Origin: Coleofasciculus chthonoplastes F2-STO-03
GTDB taxonomy: Bacteria > Cyanobacteriota > Cyanobacteriia > Cyanobacteriales > Coleofasciculaceae
Direction: 5' to 3'
Assembly (NCBI GenBank): GCA_040222015.1
Contig: JAVJWO010000130.1
Location: 32,001-96,000, forward strand
DNA: 64,000 nt
Part shown: piece after piece, positions 28,840 to 39,386 of the stretch
How the letters are laid out: each line of letters starts with the position of its first letter
Numbering within the stretch: the first letter of the stretch is position 1
Made by a program: the position numbers and the translations under genes
The notes under the pieces: generated by a model
What the model saw: the letters and a program-made list of their open reading frames with translations, nothing else
What the model was told of the DNA's origin: nothing
The model's database searches: none

Positions 28840-31800
28840 CTACTTATCTGAATTAATGACAGCTTGAGCTAGCTGAATAATTGGATAAAACTGGAAATTG
28901 TGAGCCAGATGGCTTAGAGTTGTGATTAGAAGCATTTCCTCTGGCGGAATTTGTTCAATCAGCGAAAAGATTTCCTCATCATCACAAAGCTGTGCCGCTT
29001 CAGAGAGCATTTCAATCCAGGATAGGGGCATCACCGATAAACATTCAGGAGTTAACTGATTGACGTTAACAGATGTCTCTAGTTGAGTATTTCTGGATAA
29101 GTTTGGGAGATCATCTGCATAAACATAGCGCACTCCTAAATATTCTTCCATCTTGGCAAACAACGCTTCCACTTGAAAAGGTTTTGTAACATAATCATTA
29201 CAACCCGCTTGTAGTGCCGAGGCGCGATCGCTATCGGAAGCATAAGCCGTTAACGCGATAATAATTGGGGTTTGACTGTCTGATTGGCAACGAATCTGTT
29301 GCGTCGCCTGATAACCATCCATGATAGGCATACGCATATCCATCCAAATCAGATGGGGTTGCCACTGTTGCCACAATGTCAGGGCTTCCTGTCCATTTTC
29401 CGCCTCGCGCACCTCTAACCCTGGAAAGGTTAACAGCTTAACTAAAATTTGGCGGTTTTCGGGTTTATCGTCAGCAACAATAATCCGGTAGGAGGGTTGA
29501 TCGGGAACTAATCCAATAACTCGGCGGTGAGTATGAACAAGTTCCATATCGGATGTATCAGCCAAGTAAACCGGAATCTCAAAGCTGAACGTGCTACCTT
29601 GATTCAGTTGGCTACTCACCTGAATATCACCACCCATTAATTGGACAAACTTACTGCTAATTGCTAACCCTAAACCCGTCCCTTCATTTGCCACCTTCCC
29701 AGCGTTAGTTTGGATAAAAGCATCAAATATACTCCCTAATTCCGTTGGCGCAATTCCCACGCCTGTGTCGGAAATCTCGAAACGGAGATGGAGAGATGGG
29801 GAAGATGGGGAAGATGGGGAAGCTGGGGAAGCTGGGGGAGCTGGGGGAGCTGGGGGAGCTGGGGAAGATGGGGAAGATGGGGAAGTCAAAAGTGCTACAC
29901 GTAAAGTAATACTACCCTGTGGCGTGAATTTAATCGCATTACTGAGCAGATTAATCAGAACTTGGCGCAATTTGTTGCTATCTGCCTGAATATAGTGAGG
30001 AACATCAGCCGCAATATTTAAGTGAAGCTGCAACCCTTTAGCCCGTGCTTTGTGTTGAAACATCTCTTGGAGCGATCGCATCAATACAATTAGGTCAAAA
30101 CGGCTCTCTTCTACGCTAATACATCCGGCTTCGATTTTCGATAAATCCAGGACATCATTAATCAAACTGAGTAAATGATTGCCACTCTTATTAATAATGT
30201 CTAAATTTTCTTGTTCCTCTGGAGTAATCGCTGGATCACGACTCATCACCTGGGTAAACCCCAAAATAATATTCAGCGGAGTACGCAATTCATGGCTCAT
30301 ATTCGCTAGGAACATACTTTTTGCCTGATTCGCGGCTTCGGCGTCGGCTTTCGCCTGTTGTAGGGATAAATCTGCCTGTTTGCGTTTAGTAATATCTCGT
30401 AAGGCAATCACATAAGCCGATTTTGAGAACCATTGAATCGGAGTTGCCTTCATTTCTGCCGTTCGCCCTATCCCACTCGATTGCATCAACTCGATTTCTG
30501 TGGTTTCTCCTAAAGGCATTCCCCACTGATAGTTCAGTAATGCGTCTGGGGTCATATCAAAAAGCTGGGCGGCGGCGGGGTTGGCAAAACAAACCTGACC
30601 CTGGCGATCGACGATCATGATTCCGTCGCAGGTAGCAGTAATGATGGTTTTGAGTCGGGTTTCACTTTGCTGGAGTTTTTCCTCAATTTGTTGGCGTTCG
30701 GTAATGTCCTGCACAAACGCGGTGAACATGACCTGATTATCCAGAATTAACTTGGAAATAGAGGCTTCCGCTGGAAATTCTGTGCCGTCTTTGCGGCGAG
30801 CAAAAATAGCTTGGCGTTCTCCCATACGCCTTGCTTTTCCCTGAGAATGGCTGAAGGTTTTAATATGTTGGTGGTGAGCAAGGGTGTAGCGATTGGGTAA
30901 CAGTAAATCTAGGGGTTGACCTAACACTTCACTCACCCTATAGCCAAACATCTTTTCTGCCCCTTGATTAAATAAAATAATCCGTTGGTTAGCATCAACA
31001 GAAATAATCCCATCACTGGCAATTTCCAGAATGCCCGCAAATCGAGCCTGGGACGCCCGAAGCTCCTGTTCGGCTTGGTGACGAATTTGCAGTTCCTGTT
31101 GCAGCGCTTCTGTACGTTCTGTTACCCGAACTTCTAGGGTGGCTTTTGCCTGTTGCAGAGCGAGTTCGGCTTGCTTACGCAGCGTCACATCTAGGGCGGT
31201 GCTAATCACCATGCGCCGCCCATCACTCAGCTTACCCAAGGGGGCGGAATAGAAATCCCAGATGCGAGTGGAGCCATTACGAGTGATAATGGTATATTCG
31301 CCTTCGCCAATGGGTTGATTGAGTTGATATAACTGATCAATCGTTGCCCGAACCAACGCTTGGCGAGTACCGTAGGCTTTTTGGGTCCAATCTGCGATCG
31401 CGCGAATGTCTTGCTCAGTGTAACCCGTGAGTTCTGTCCACGCTTGGTTAATCTGCAAAACTTCGCCATCTTCAGCATGGAGCATAATCGGCATGGGTGA
31501 ATAGAGGACTGCACGACGAAAGCGTTCCTGGCTCTCTTGCAGCGATTGTTCTGACTGTTTACGAGAGGTAATATCCGTCAGCGTCACCACACACCCTTGG
31601 ATATGGTTTTTGGAGTTCAACAACGCCCGCCCACTCAGGAGTAAATGGAATTCTTGCCCATCCTCTCGCCCAAAAACGACTTCAACCCCTTGGAAGGTTT
31701 CCCCATTCAGAATTGTGGCAATGGAAAAGGGGTGTCCTGAGGTTGGGGATGGTGAGGAGATTGTATGATTATCTTCCCGAATAGTAGATAAGCCAAACAT

Positions 31801-32475
31801 CAGCGGAAAAACCTGATCAAATGGCTGAAGTATGGGATTTTTACCACAAATTTCCTGGGTAGCCATACTGGTGCGGATAATAGTTCCCCTTTGATCACAG
31901 ACTACAATCGCGTCAGCCACTTGCTCGAAAATAGAACGCGCCAGCTTTTCATCGGCGACTATTTTTTTTTGTCGTTTATTTTCAGTTAAATCCGTGACAA
32001 TTAAACAATTAACTTTGACCCCCTCCATCATCAATAGATTGACCGATAGCTCCACAGGAATCTCTGTCTGATTACTGGCAATGAGGTAGAATTCCCTGTG
32101 ACTATATCCGGCTTCATCTTTCTGCAATAGGGATTGGAAGAGGGGGACTTCGACCGGGTTAAGGTATTGTTTAAAGTTAGAGCCAATAACCGTTTCTAAA
32201 TTTCTTTGCAAAAGATCGGCTAAACGGCGATTACAATACAGCAGTATGCCTTCAGATGTCAGCGTCGCTGCCCCCTCTTTCATTTGTTCCACAAACAGTC
32301 GATAAGGTTCATCGGCACTCTGTAAGGTAAAAATCTGGTCGCCTTCGGGTCCTGATACGACTAACGCATCCACCTCACCCTGGCTAATTGCCTGCAATGT
32401 TTCTTCCGCGACACTCAGGCGATCGCGTAAGTCTTGAAGTTCTTGTTCTAATTCCTCCCGTGTTTTTTCTGGCAT
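28840..32475 (-). CDS. Multi-PAS hybrid histidine kinase downstream of kaiB
   Basis: N-terminal coil AEETLQAISQGEVDALVV, several PAS/PAC repeats, MSHELRTPL, HATPase boxes, C-terminal receiver (WMDMRMP). Confidence 0.93.
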   Translation of the reverse strand: MPEKTREELEQELQDLRDRLSVAEETLQAISQGEVDALVVSGPEGDQIFTLQSADEPYRLFVEQMKEGAATLTSEGILLYCNRRLADLLQRNLETVIGSNFKQYLNPVEVPLFQSLLQKDEAGYSHREFYLIASNQTEIPVELSVNLLMMEGVKVNCLIVTDLTENKRQKKIVADEKLARSIFEQVADAIVVCDQRGTIIRTSMATQEICGKNPILQPFDQVFPLMFGLSTIREDNHTISSPSPTSGHPFSIATILNGETFQGVEVVFGREDGQEFHLLLSGRALLNSKNHIQGCVVTLTDITSRKQSEQSLQESQERFRRAVLYSPMPIMLHAEDGEVLQINQAWTELTGYTEQDIRAIADWTQKAYGTRQALVRATIDQLYQLNQPIGEGEYTIITRNGSTRIWDFYSAPLGKLSDGRRMVISTALDVTLRKQAELALQQAKATLEVRVTERTEALQQELQIRHQAEQELRASQARFAGILEIASDGIISVDANQRIILFNQGAEKMFGYRVSEVLGQPLDLLLPNRYTLAHHQHIKTFSHSQGKARRMGERQAIFARRKDGTEFPAEASISKLILDNQVMFTAFVQDITERQQIEEKLQQSETRLKTIITATCDGIMIVDRQGQVCFANPAAAQLFDMTPDALLNYQWGMPLGETTEIELMQSSGIGRTAEMKATPIQWFSKSAYVIALRDITKRKQADLSLQQAKADAEAANQAKSMFLANMSHELRTPLNIILGFTQVMSRDPAITPEEQENLDIINKSGNHLLSLINDVLDLSKIEAGCISVEESRFDLIVLMRSLQEMFQHKARAKGLQLHLNIAADVPHYIQADSNKLRQVLINLLSNAIKFTPQGSITLRVALLTSPSSPSSPAPPAPPAPPASPASPSSPSSPSLHLRFEISDTGVGIAPTELGSIFDAFIQTNAGKVANEGTGLGLAISSKFVQLMGGDIQVSSQLNQGSTFSFEIPVYLADTSDMELVHTHRRVIGLVPDQPSYRIIVADDKPENRQILVKLLTFPGLEVREAENGQEALTLWQQWQPHLIWMDMRMPIMDGYQATQQIRCQSDSQTPIIIALTAYASDSDRASALQAGCNDYVTKPFQVEALFAKMEEYLGVRYVYADDLPNLSRNTQLETSVNVNQLTPECLSVMPLSWIEMLSEAAQLCDDEEIFSLIEQIPPEEMLLITTLSHLAHNFQFYPIIQLAQAVINSDK
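29795..29885. repeat. In-frame 9-bp tandem repeat within the kinase ATPase domain
   Basis: GATGGGGAA/GCTGGGGGA units encoding SPSSPSSPAPPAPPAPPASPASPSSPSSPS. Confidence 0.9.
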
Positions 32476-32496
32476 CGATTTAAACGTAATTTATAG

Positions 32497-32841
32497 CTAA
32501 TCATTTTTTGGCACAAGATCTAGCCCCACCATAATTTTTTCTTGCTTGGACATATCGCCAATAATCCGTTGTAATGGCATGGGCAGTGTTTTAATTAGGG
32601 TGGGTGTGGCAAAAATCTGCGCTTGCTTAACCAATTCCGGTTGTTGATAAATATCGATAACCTCCAAGGTGTATCGTTCGGGAAGATAGTCTTCACAGAT
32701 ACGTTTGATCATTTCAATGGCACGGATCGATTTTAACGTTGTTCCAGAAATATACAAGTGGAGACAGTAATGCGTTGTGTTGCTTTTAATTAGGGCTTGT
32801 TCAAAGGCTTCTGTCGAACTTTTTATGTTTTCATCTTCCAT
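32497..32841 (-). CDS. kaiB: KaiB-family protein (second copy)
   Basis: LHLYISGTT.KS.RAI, LEVIDIYQQP, ATPTLIKTLP.P..RIIGDMS. Confidence 0.88.
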   Translation of the reverse strand: MEDENIKSSTEAFEQALIKSNTTHYCLHLYISGTTLKSIRAIEMIKRICEDYLPERYTLEVIDIYQQPELVKQAQIFATPTLIKTLPMPLQRIIGDMSKQEKIMVGLDLVPKND

Positions 32842-32885
32842 TATTTTATCCTATTTGTTGATAAAATCACTTTGCCCTATACCTT

Positions 32886-33206
32886 CTAAATTTGTTCGGC
32901 TTTTTGACGCAAATCGAGTCCTACCAAAACTTTTTCAGTATTGGATAAATCGCCAATAATTTGTTTGAGTGGCGCCGGAAGTTTCCGCACCAATGTCGGA
33001 ATCGCCACAATTTTGTCTCCTTTGGCAAGTTGAGGATTTTCGAGTAGATCAATCACTTCGATATGATATTTACCATTCAGGTGTTCCTCACAGATTTTTT
33101 TCAAGTTCGCAAATGCTTTAATTGATTTCGGGGTTTGCCCTGCTACATAGAGGCGCAATTGCCAAAATACTGATGCCTGATTGCTAATTTCTTGTAGAGT
33201 TTCCAT
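32886..33206 (-). CDS. kaiB: KaiB-family protein
   Basis: [36 protein letters not shown]...IIGDLS; start taken at METLQE. Confidence 0.92.
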   Translation of the reverse strand: METLQEISNQASVFWQLRLYVAGQTPKSIKAFANLKKICEEHLNGKYHIEVIDLLENPQLAKGDKIVAIPTLVRKLPAPLKQIIGDLSNTEKVLVGLDLRQKAEQI

Positions 33207-33240
33207 AATTAAAAATACTTGAGAGATTAACCCCAGACGT

Positions 33241-34953
33241 CTACTCATTGCCCTGAATTAAATCCGCCTGACGAAGCTGCGCGATCGCGACTCGGTTTTG
33301 CTGTAGATTATCTTGCTGTGATTGCTCCTCCTGCATCATCTCTTCAATATTTTCCTCTTCCCGTTCTAGCTGTGCTTGCAAGGCGGTGATTTGGGATTGG
33401 AAAATCGCTTTCTGGCGGGCAAAATCACGGCGCTTGCGCTCAAATTGCTGTTTTCGAGTCAAATTCATGGCTTTTTCTTTTTCCGCTTGAATCTTTCGCG
33501 CCGTACCTGTCAGCACCATTCCTTCTCCCAAATAGACATCGACTAACTCGACTCCCTGCTTGGTTAATTTTAATTCCCGCACCTGATTCGAGTGTTTCAT
33601 CCCACGAGATTTGAGGATAAAAAATACACGATTGCGTTCGCCATTACTCTCCACAAAGCGCACCTCCAGCCAGGTATCCATTAACGAGGAAACGCCGATC
33701 TCAGTCTGCTCAACAGGCATCCCCCCTTGGATTAAATTCGTCAAAAATACCGTAATTTGTTGGGATTTTAGCAGATCAATCAGACGAAATAGAAAAGCTT
33801 TTGCCTGTAAGATAGTACCGCCCATAGTCAGATTACTCATCGGGTCAATAATCACAACCGTGGGCTGAAACTCTTTAATTAAACTGTGGATTTGTACCAG
33901 GTGCATTTCTAAGCCATAAGCCGTCGGACGTCTCGCCTGAAATCGTAACAAGCCTTGGTTGACAAATTCCGGTAAATTAATGCCAACCGATTGCATATTG
34001 CGGATAATTTGCTGCGGGGCTTCTTCAAAGGCAAAATAGAGACAGCGTTCACCCCGCCGACAAGTGGCTTCAGCAAAATGTGCCGCCAACGTCGTTTTCC
34101 CCGTTCCCGCTGTACCTGTGATCAGAATACTGCTACCACGAAAATATCCCTCCCCTCCCAGCATAGTGTCGAGGCGTTCAATCCCACTCGATATCCGTTC
34201 GTGGGTTACGGTATGATCTAATCCCACGGATGTAATCGGCAATACAGTAATCCCGTCTGAATTAATCAGAAAGGGATAGTCATTTGTCCCGTGACTAGAC
34301 CCCCGGTACTTGACAATTTGCAACTTACGGGTTGAAATATCTTCGTAAAGACGGTGATCGAGGCGAATCACGCAATCGGAAACATACTCTTCGATGCCAT
34401 AACGAGTCAGAGAGTTTTCCCCTTTTTCCCCGGTGACAATTGCCGTAACCCCTTTCGTTTTCAACCAGCGAAATAACCGCCGCAACTCTGCCCGGACAAT
34501 CGCCGTATTGGACAAGCCAGAAAACAGCACTTCAACGGTATCCAGAACAACTCGCTTGGCACCGATGGCGTCAATCGCACTGCCGAGGCGAATAAATAAA
34601 GCTTCTAAATCATAGTCCCCGGTTTCTTCAATCTCCTGCGGGTCAATATAAACATAATCAATCGAGAGTTTTTCTGTTGCCGTCAATTCTTCCAAATCCC
34701 AACCCAAAGACGTGACATTTTGGGTCAATTCTGCCGCCGTTTCTTCAAACGCCATGAACACACCCGGTTCTGAGTAGTCCAGGATACCCCGTACTATAAA
34801 CTCCATCCCCATTAACGTCTTTCCACACCCGGCTGTTCCACAAACCAGGGTTGTTCGTCCTAAAGGCAATCCACCATCAGTAATTTCGTCTAATCCTTTG
34901 ATCCCGCTTGGGCATTTGCGAAGTTGATTTTTGGCTAACGTGGTTTTTGACAC
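33241..34953 (-). CDS. kaiC: KaiC-family double-domain ATPase (KaiC2-like)
   Basis: Two Walker A motifs ([16 protein letters not shown]), two FEE motifs, KYRGS/KSRG, phosphosite region VSSLMDTW (SS instead of ST), long C-terminal coiled coil. Confidence 0.93.
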   Translation of the reverse strand: MSKTTLAKNQLRKCPSGIKGLDEITDGGLPLGRTTLVCGTAGCGKTLMGMEFIVRGILDYSEPGVFMAFEETAAELTQNVTSLGWDLEELTATEKLSIDYVYIDPQEIEETGDYDLEALFIRLGSAIDAIGAKRVVLDTVEVLFSGLSNTAIVRAELRRLFRWLKTKGVTAIVTGEKGENSLTRYGIEEYVSDCVIRLDHRLYEDISTRKLQIVKYRGSSHGTNDYPFLINSDGITVLPITSVGLDHTVTHERISSGIERLDTMLGGEGYFRGSSILITGTAGTGKTTLAAHFAEATCRRGERCLYFAFEEAPQQIIRNMQSVGINLPEFVNQGLLRFQARRPTAYGLEMHLVQIHSLIKEFQPTVVIIDPMSNLTMGGTILQAKAFLFRLIDLLKSQQITVFLTNLIQGGMPVEQTEIGVSSLMDTWLEVRFVESNGERNRVFFILKSRGMKHSNQVRELKLTKQGVELVDVYLGEGMVLTGTARKIQAEKEKAMNLTRKQQFERKRRDFARQKAIFQSQITALQAQLEREEENIEEMMQEEQSQQDNLQQNRVAIAQLRQADLIQGNE

Positions 34954-35379
34954 GGATTGCCCCTCCTCAGAATGGTGTTAGTCGTGGATTGGTGAGAATT
35001 AGCCACCATTATCCATCCCCTCATCTTATCGGGAAAAAACGAGGAATTTATGACGATTGGAGGCAGAGGGTAGCCGAACAGCTTAGACTGGCAACAATAA
35101 GAAGATAAACTTCTACACTCGTAAACTATCCCCATCCCCCAATGACTCGATTTCCTCACGACCAATTCGCCAAGGATTATCTTGACCAACTCTTGTCCCC
35201 AATCGGAAAAGTGGAAACCAGTCGCGACATTGCTGGGGAAGTGCGAGAGGTTGACGTTTTATTTATCCCCACCTCTATCTCAGATGACTACCTCCTCTCT
35301 CTGGGACTTTTAGGACGCTTTGTCACAACTGCTGCTGTCTTTGAACCGTTATGTAATACCTACACAAGTCTAGGCAAAG

Positions 35380-36552
35380 TTACTTATATCTAGGCTTGCT
35401 GCTTACTTCCTGCTTCACTCTGGTGGTGTCGGCACTCGACCAGTCCACAGGCTCTCCCCCACCTAACTGGCGGAACCATTCCAAATTAATGGATGCATTA
35501 AAATCGCGGTCAAGTTCTAACCCGCAATTGTCGCACCGGAAAACTCGCTCAGATAAAGGCATCTCCTCTTTGACGGTATGGCATCTTGAGCAAGTTTTAG
35601 TTGAGGGATACCATCGGTCTACCATGATTAAGGTTGACCCATACAATTGGCACTTGTACTCTAATTGGCGTTTAAACTCGTGAAAACCCATATCCTGAAT
35701 AGCTTTCGCCAGTTTGTGATTAGCCATCATGCCGGACACGTTCAAGTTTTCTATTCCTATCCGGCTGTGGTTTTGGGCTAGATAAGAGGTGAGCTTGTGT
35801 AACGTGTCTTTTCTGATGTTGGCTATCCTCCGGTGCAAACGGGCTATCTTGACTTGGGAAGACTTCCAGTTGGCTGAGCCGATTTGCTTATGACGGTTCA
35901 GCCATTGCAGGCGAGAGAGTTTTTTCTCATACTTTCGGTAAGCTTTCGCCCCCTCCACTACAATCCCGGTAGACAACACCGCTAACGCTTTTATGCCCAG
36001 ATCGACACCCACTACAGGGTGAGGTTTGGGGCGATTGATTGGCTCATATTCCAGCTTAAAACTGATAAACCATCTATCAGCCGTCCTGGATATGGTGACG
36101 GATTTGGGCTGAAACTGAACGGGTAGCCGTTCATGCGTCTTCAAGCAACCAATGACCGGAACTCTAATTTTAAAATGGTCAAGCTTGATTGACCCATCTA
36201 GAGTAAAGCTGTCATGCTTTCCCTTGCGCTTAAAGCGAGGCGGTTTTTTATTTTTTTTAAACGCATCCTTCCAAGCTTGAGCTAATTGCCTAAGCGCATG
36301 TTGGGGAGCGCATTTACTCACCTCATAATACCAAGGGTAGATAGGTTTAACCAACGCTACCAGCCACTTGTGTAAATCAATCCCAGTGGGAAACTTTATT
36401 TTATCCTCTGGGTTATCCCGATTGTGGTCAAGTATCTGCTTAGTCAAACCCAAACCCCAGTTCCAAGAATGACGGGCAACGCCTGCGTGCTTGGCTAATG
36501 CCGTTCGCTGTTTGTTGTTTAAATTTAATTCAGTCTTGAACCCTAAAAGCAT
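35380..36552 (-). CDS. tnpB: RNA-guided endonuclease TnpB
   Basis: MLLGFKTEL start, HAGVARHSWNWGL, RuvC residues GVDLG / IENL / DRDFNAS, Zn finger CSRC..CDNC. Confidence 0.93.
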   Translation of the reverse strand: MLLGFKTELNLNNKQRTALAKHAGVARHSWNWGLGLTKQILDHNRDNPEDKIKFPTGIDLHKWLVALVKPIYPWYYEVSKCAPQHALRQLAQAWKDAFKKNKKPPRFKRKGKHDSFTLDGSIKLDHFKIRVPVIGCLKTHERLPVQFQPKSVTISRTADRWFISFKLEYEPINRPKPHPVVGVDLGIKALAVLSTGIVVEGAKAYRKYEKKLSRLQWLNRHKQIGSANWKSSQVKIARLHRRIANIRKDTLHKLTSYLAQNHSRIGIENLNVSGMMANHKLAKAIQDMGFHEFKRQLEYKCQLYGSTLIMVDRWYPSTKTCSRCHTVKEEMPLSERVFRCDNCGLELDRDFNASINLEWFRQLGGGEPVDWSSADTTRVKQEVSSKPRYK

Positions 36553-36608
36553 AATTTGGTAAGACTTGTTGGGGCGTATAATAGCTAGTATACTTACATA
36601 AACCAATA

Positions 36609-36794
36609 TTGACAATGCCATTCCAGAAAAATAATCGATTTGCCGCTAAAAGAATGCTAGACAAGCCGTTAGACAAAGATCCTATCTGCTTTAAGGGATA
36701 TGAAGGGCAAAAGGAAAAACTGAAGTCTGTCCCCAACTGGCAAGAGCAGATAAGGCAGTTTGTAGATGAACTGATATCTGGGCAAAATGCATAA
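36609..36794 (+). CDS. Small protein divergent from tnpB inside the element (likely start 36615)
   Basis: MPFQKNNRFAAK...DPICFKGYEGQKEKLKSVPNWQEQIRQFVDELI has a strand-helix-helix pattern and lies wholly within the element ends. Confidence 0.6.
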   Translation: MTMPFQKNNRFAAKRMLDKPLDKDPICFKGYEGQKEKLKSVPNWQEQIRQFVDELISGQNA

Positions 36795-37367
36795 ATCTGC
36801 CCAGATATGCATAGATGCTAGATTACAGCTCTTTCCCCTTTCGCAACGCCGTCACTGCCGATCAAATTTGTGATTGTCTAGCGAAACTGTTTGACCTACA
36901 TCGGGAATTGAGACGACGCGCCAGACGGGAGTCCACTTCCATTAAGTTGAGTGAACTCTCCCAACTATGGATACTCACCCCCACCGCCTCAACACCCTTA
37001 CTCGATAGCTTTGGAGCCTTCAGTGACGAGCAAAACTGGTTAAGTGGACTCTACTTTCTCCCCCAGGCTTTCCGAACAGCCATCGTCGTCATCCACCAAC
37101 TCCCCCGTACCCCCCAAACCCTATGGCTGAGACTTCTGGGAAAGGGCAGAGTCCAACAGCAAGCCATCGAGGAGATCACCGCATTATCCGAAGACAGCCA
37201 AAGGCGGGAGTCTACGAAGCGAGTTATTGTATAACTTGCAAGCCAACTTACAAGCCAATCAAGAACAACCCTTAGACACAGAGGAGAGGGAGTTAATTAT
37301 GGCATTAGCACCCCTTTATCGGCAACAACTGGATGCGGCTCGGCAACAAGCCAGGGAAGAAGCTATG

Positions 37368-37460
37368 CAACAGGGATTACAACAGGGATTACAACAGGAA
37401 TTACAACAGGGATTACAACAAGGATTACAGCAGGGATTACAGCAGGGATTACAACAGGGA
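37368..37460 (+). repeat. 12-bp tandem repeat encoding QQGL
   Basis: CAACAGGGATTA units. Confidence 0.9.
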
Positions 37461-37853
37461 CAACGGCTGATTATCGAAAACGTTCTCCAGACTCGCTTGG
37501 GACAGTTAACCTCTACCCTCGCTGCTTTAATCACTCCCTTATCGGCATTGCCCTCTCAGCAGTTAACTCCCTTTCTACTGCAACTGTCTCAACTCGAAAA
37601 TAGTGAATCAGGAATTCAACAAGCACAGCGTTTCATTGTCGAAAATTTACTCAGAATTCGTTTTGGAGAATTGGACGCTCAACTCACCGCACTTGTCACT
37701 CCTTTATTAGGATTACCCCCCAAGACTTAAGCCAATACCTCTCACAATTGTCTCAGCTATCCCGTGAGCAACTCCTGGCTCGATTTCCCCAAGCCAGTTC
37801 TTAAACGTGCCGTTGTCGTTCCCTCAGAGGAGCAGATGAAAAATAACTAGATA

Positions 37854-39386
37854 TTACTGAACTGATTCTTTATAAACTGGCAATGTAAAATAAAAGGTAC
37901 TTCCAGAACCTAGGTTACTTTCCGCCCAAATTTCTCCCCCATGTTGCTGGATAATGCTGCGGCAAATCGCCAATCCTAAACCGGTACCTCCTTTTTGGCG
38001 GGAATCGGAAACATCGACTTGCTGAAATCGCCCAAAGATGCGTTCAAGGTGTTCCGTGGGAATTCCTCGTCCTTGGTCGGTAACTTGAAATAAAATACAA
38101 TCTGACTGATGTTGCACACCCACGGTGATCGTCGTATTACTCTCAGAAAACTTGATCGCATTACTCAACAGATTCGTCAGGGTTTGAATAATCGCATCAG
38201 GGGCAACATAGACTTGAGCCGATAGGGGAGTCACCTGGATAGAAATTTCCGCCGCCGCCGCGATCGCATCTATCGCTTCCACGGAATGTTTGATTAAATC
38301 TGCCACATTGCAGACTTCCTTGACTAGCGTCACTTGACCTGAATCCAAGCGTTCTAAACTGAGGATGTCATTCACCAACCGCCCTAAGCGATCGCAGTCT
38401 CCCGCCGCAATATCTAACATCTGTTTGGCTTTGTCGGGTTGATTATCATAAACTCCCATCTTAAGTAAACCCAGAGAACCGCGCATTGAGGTGAGTGGGG
38501 TGCGAAGTTCATGACTCACCAGGGAGATAAATTCATTTTTCATCCGTTCCACCGCTTGACGCTGGGTAATATCTTCGCCAATACTCATCGTTCCGGCGAT
38601 CGCACCAGTAATATCTCTTAGTACGGTATTGTTCCACGCAATCAGTCGTTCTTCACCGGATTTGGTCAGAATGGAGTTCTGGTAGTAGGCGTGGCTGTTG
38701 TGGTATAAAAGCTCATGAAAAACCTGTTTTAGTTGCGGCTGATGGGAGGGTGGGATAAATAGAGTGAACCAGTTTTTGCCAACAGCTTCAGCTTGAGTAT
38801 AACCCGTTAAGCCTAAGCCAAAGGGGTTGATATACTCCACATTTCCCTGCCAATCTAAGCCGACAACCAGCAGTTGCACATTCTCCAGGAGGGATCGCCA
38901 TCGACGTTCCGTTTCTTGCAGGATCTGTTGGGTTTGATGACGCACGCGAATCTCTTGCTGTAAGCAGGTATTTTGTTCGGTGAGTTGCTGGGTTAACGCC
39001 CGCAGTTGCAGGTGAGTCTTAACGCGAAGTAACACCTCTTCAAGCTGAATTGGCTTGCTGATATAGTCTACAGCGCCCAGCTTTAGCCCCTTAATCTTGT
39101 AACTGGGATTGCCGCGATCGGCAACTGCTGTCATAAAAATAACTGGAATATCTTGGGTTTCTTCCTGCGCTTTTAAACGACGACAGACTTCAAACCCGTC
39201 CATTTCTGGCATCACCACATCTAACAAAATTAGATCCGGTGAAGTTATTGCCACAATTTTTAACGCTTGAACGCCACTTTTAACCGCGAGGACGTTAAAT
39301 CCTGCTTTCATTAAACAATCTGAGACTAATTGCAGATTAGCCACAGTATCATCAACCAATAAAATTTGGGGCAAGGATGAGGACAT
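37854..39386 (-). CDS. REC-PAS-histidine kinase
   Basis: ILLVDD, LLDVVMP, PAS (YINP..GKNWF), VSHELRTPL, NLLSNAIKFS, GGTGLGL; start taken at MSSSLPQ. Confidence 0.92.
   Translation of the reverse strand: MSSSLPQILLVDDTVANLQLVSDCLMKAGFNVLAVKSGVQALKIVAITSPDLILLDVVMPEMDGFEVCRRLKAQEETQDIPVIFMTAVADRGNPSYKIKGLKLGAVDYISKPIQLEEVLLRVKTHLQLRALTQQLTEQNTCLQQEIRVRHQTQQILQETERRWRSLLENVQLLVVGLDWQGNVEYINPFGLGLTGYTQAEAVGKNWFTLFIPPSHQPQLKQVFHELLYHNSHAYYQNSILTKSGEERLIAWNNTVLRDITGAIAGTMSIGEDITQRQAVERMKNEFISLVSHELRTPLTSMRGSLGLLKMGVYDNQPDKAKQMLDIAAGDCDRLGRLVNDILSLERLDSGQVTLVKEVCNVADLIKHSVEAIDAIAAAAEISIQVTPLSAQVYVAPDAIIQTLTNLLSNAIKFSESNTTITVGVQHQSDCILFQVTDQGRGIPTEHLERIFGRFQQVDVSDSRQKGGTGLGLAICRSIIQQHGGEIWAESNLGSGSTFYFTLPVYKESVQ

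Larger units (their letters stand above)
35348..36835 (-). mobile_element. Non-autonomous IS607-type TnpB element
   Basis: CC (GG on minus) at both junctions, 35346-35347 and 36836-36837. Excision restores TTT GAA CCC TTT CGC. Right end finishes ...ATTACATAAC-GG. No TIRs and no tnpA. Confidence 0.85.
35142..37804 (+). pseudogene. Rpn-like/PD-(D/E)xK multicopy cyanobacterial gene interrupted by an IS and frameshifted
   Basis: MTRFPHDQFAKDYL...AVFEP rejoins FRNAVT... across the insertion. Further frameshifts near 37215 and 37720; QQGL repeats. Confidence 0.8.

Noticed and set aside
29765..29989. Gly/Ala/Glu-rich collagen-like ORF
   Set aside because: Antisense of the 9-bp repeat within the kinase gene.
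35348..36835. Group I intron-containing IStron
   Set aside because: The element is antisense to the host gene, the left end is short and occupied by an ORF, and no group I core was recognised.
37316..37534. Cys-rich CCNP repeat peptide resembling a RiPP precursor or metallothionein
   Set aside because: It is the antisense reading of the QQGL 12-bp repeat.
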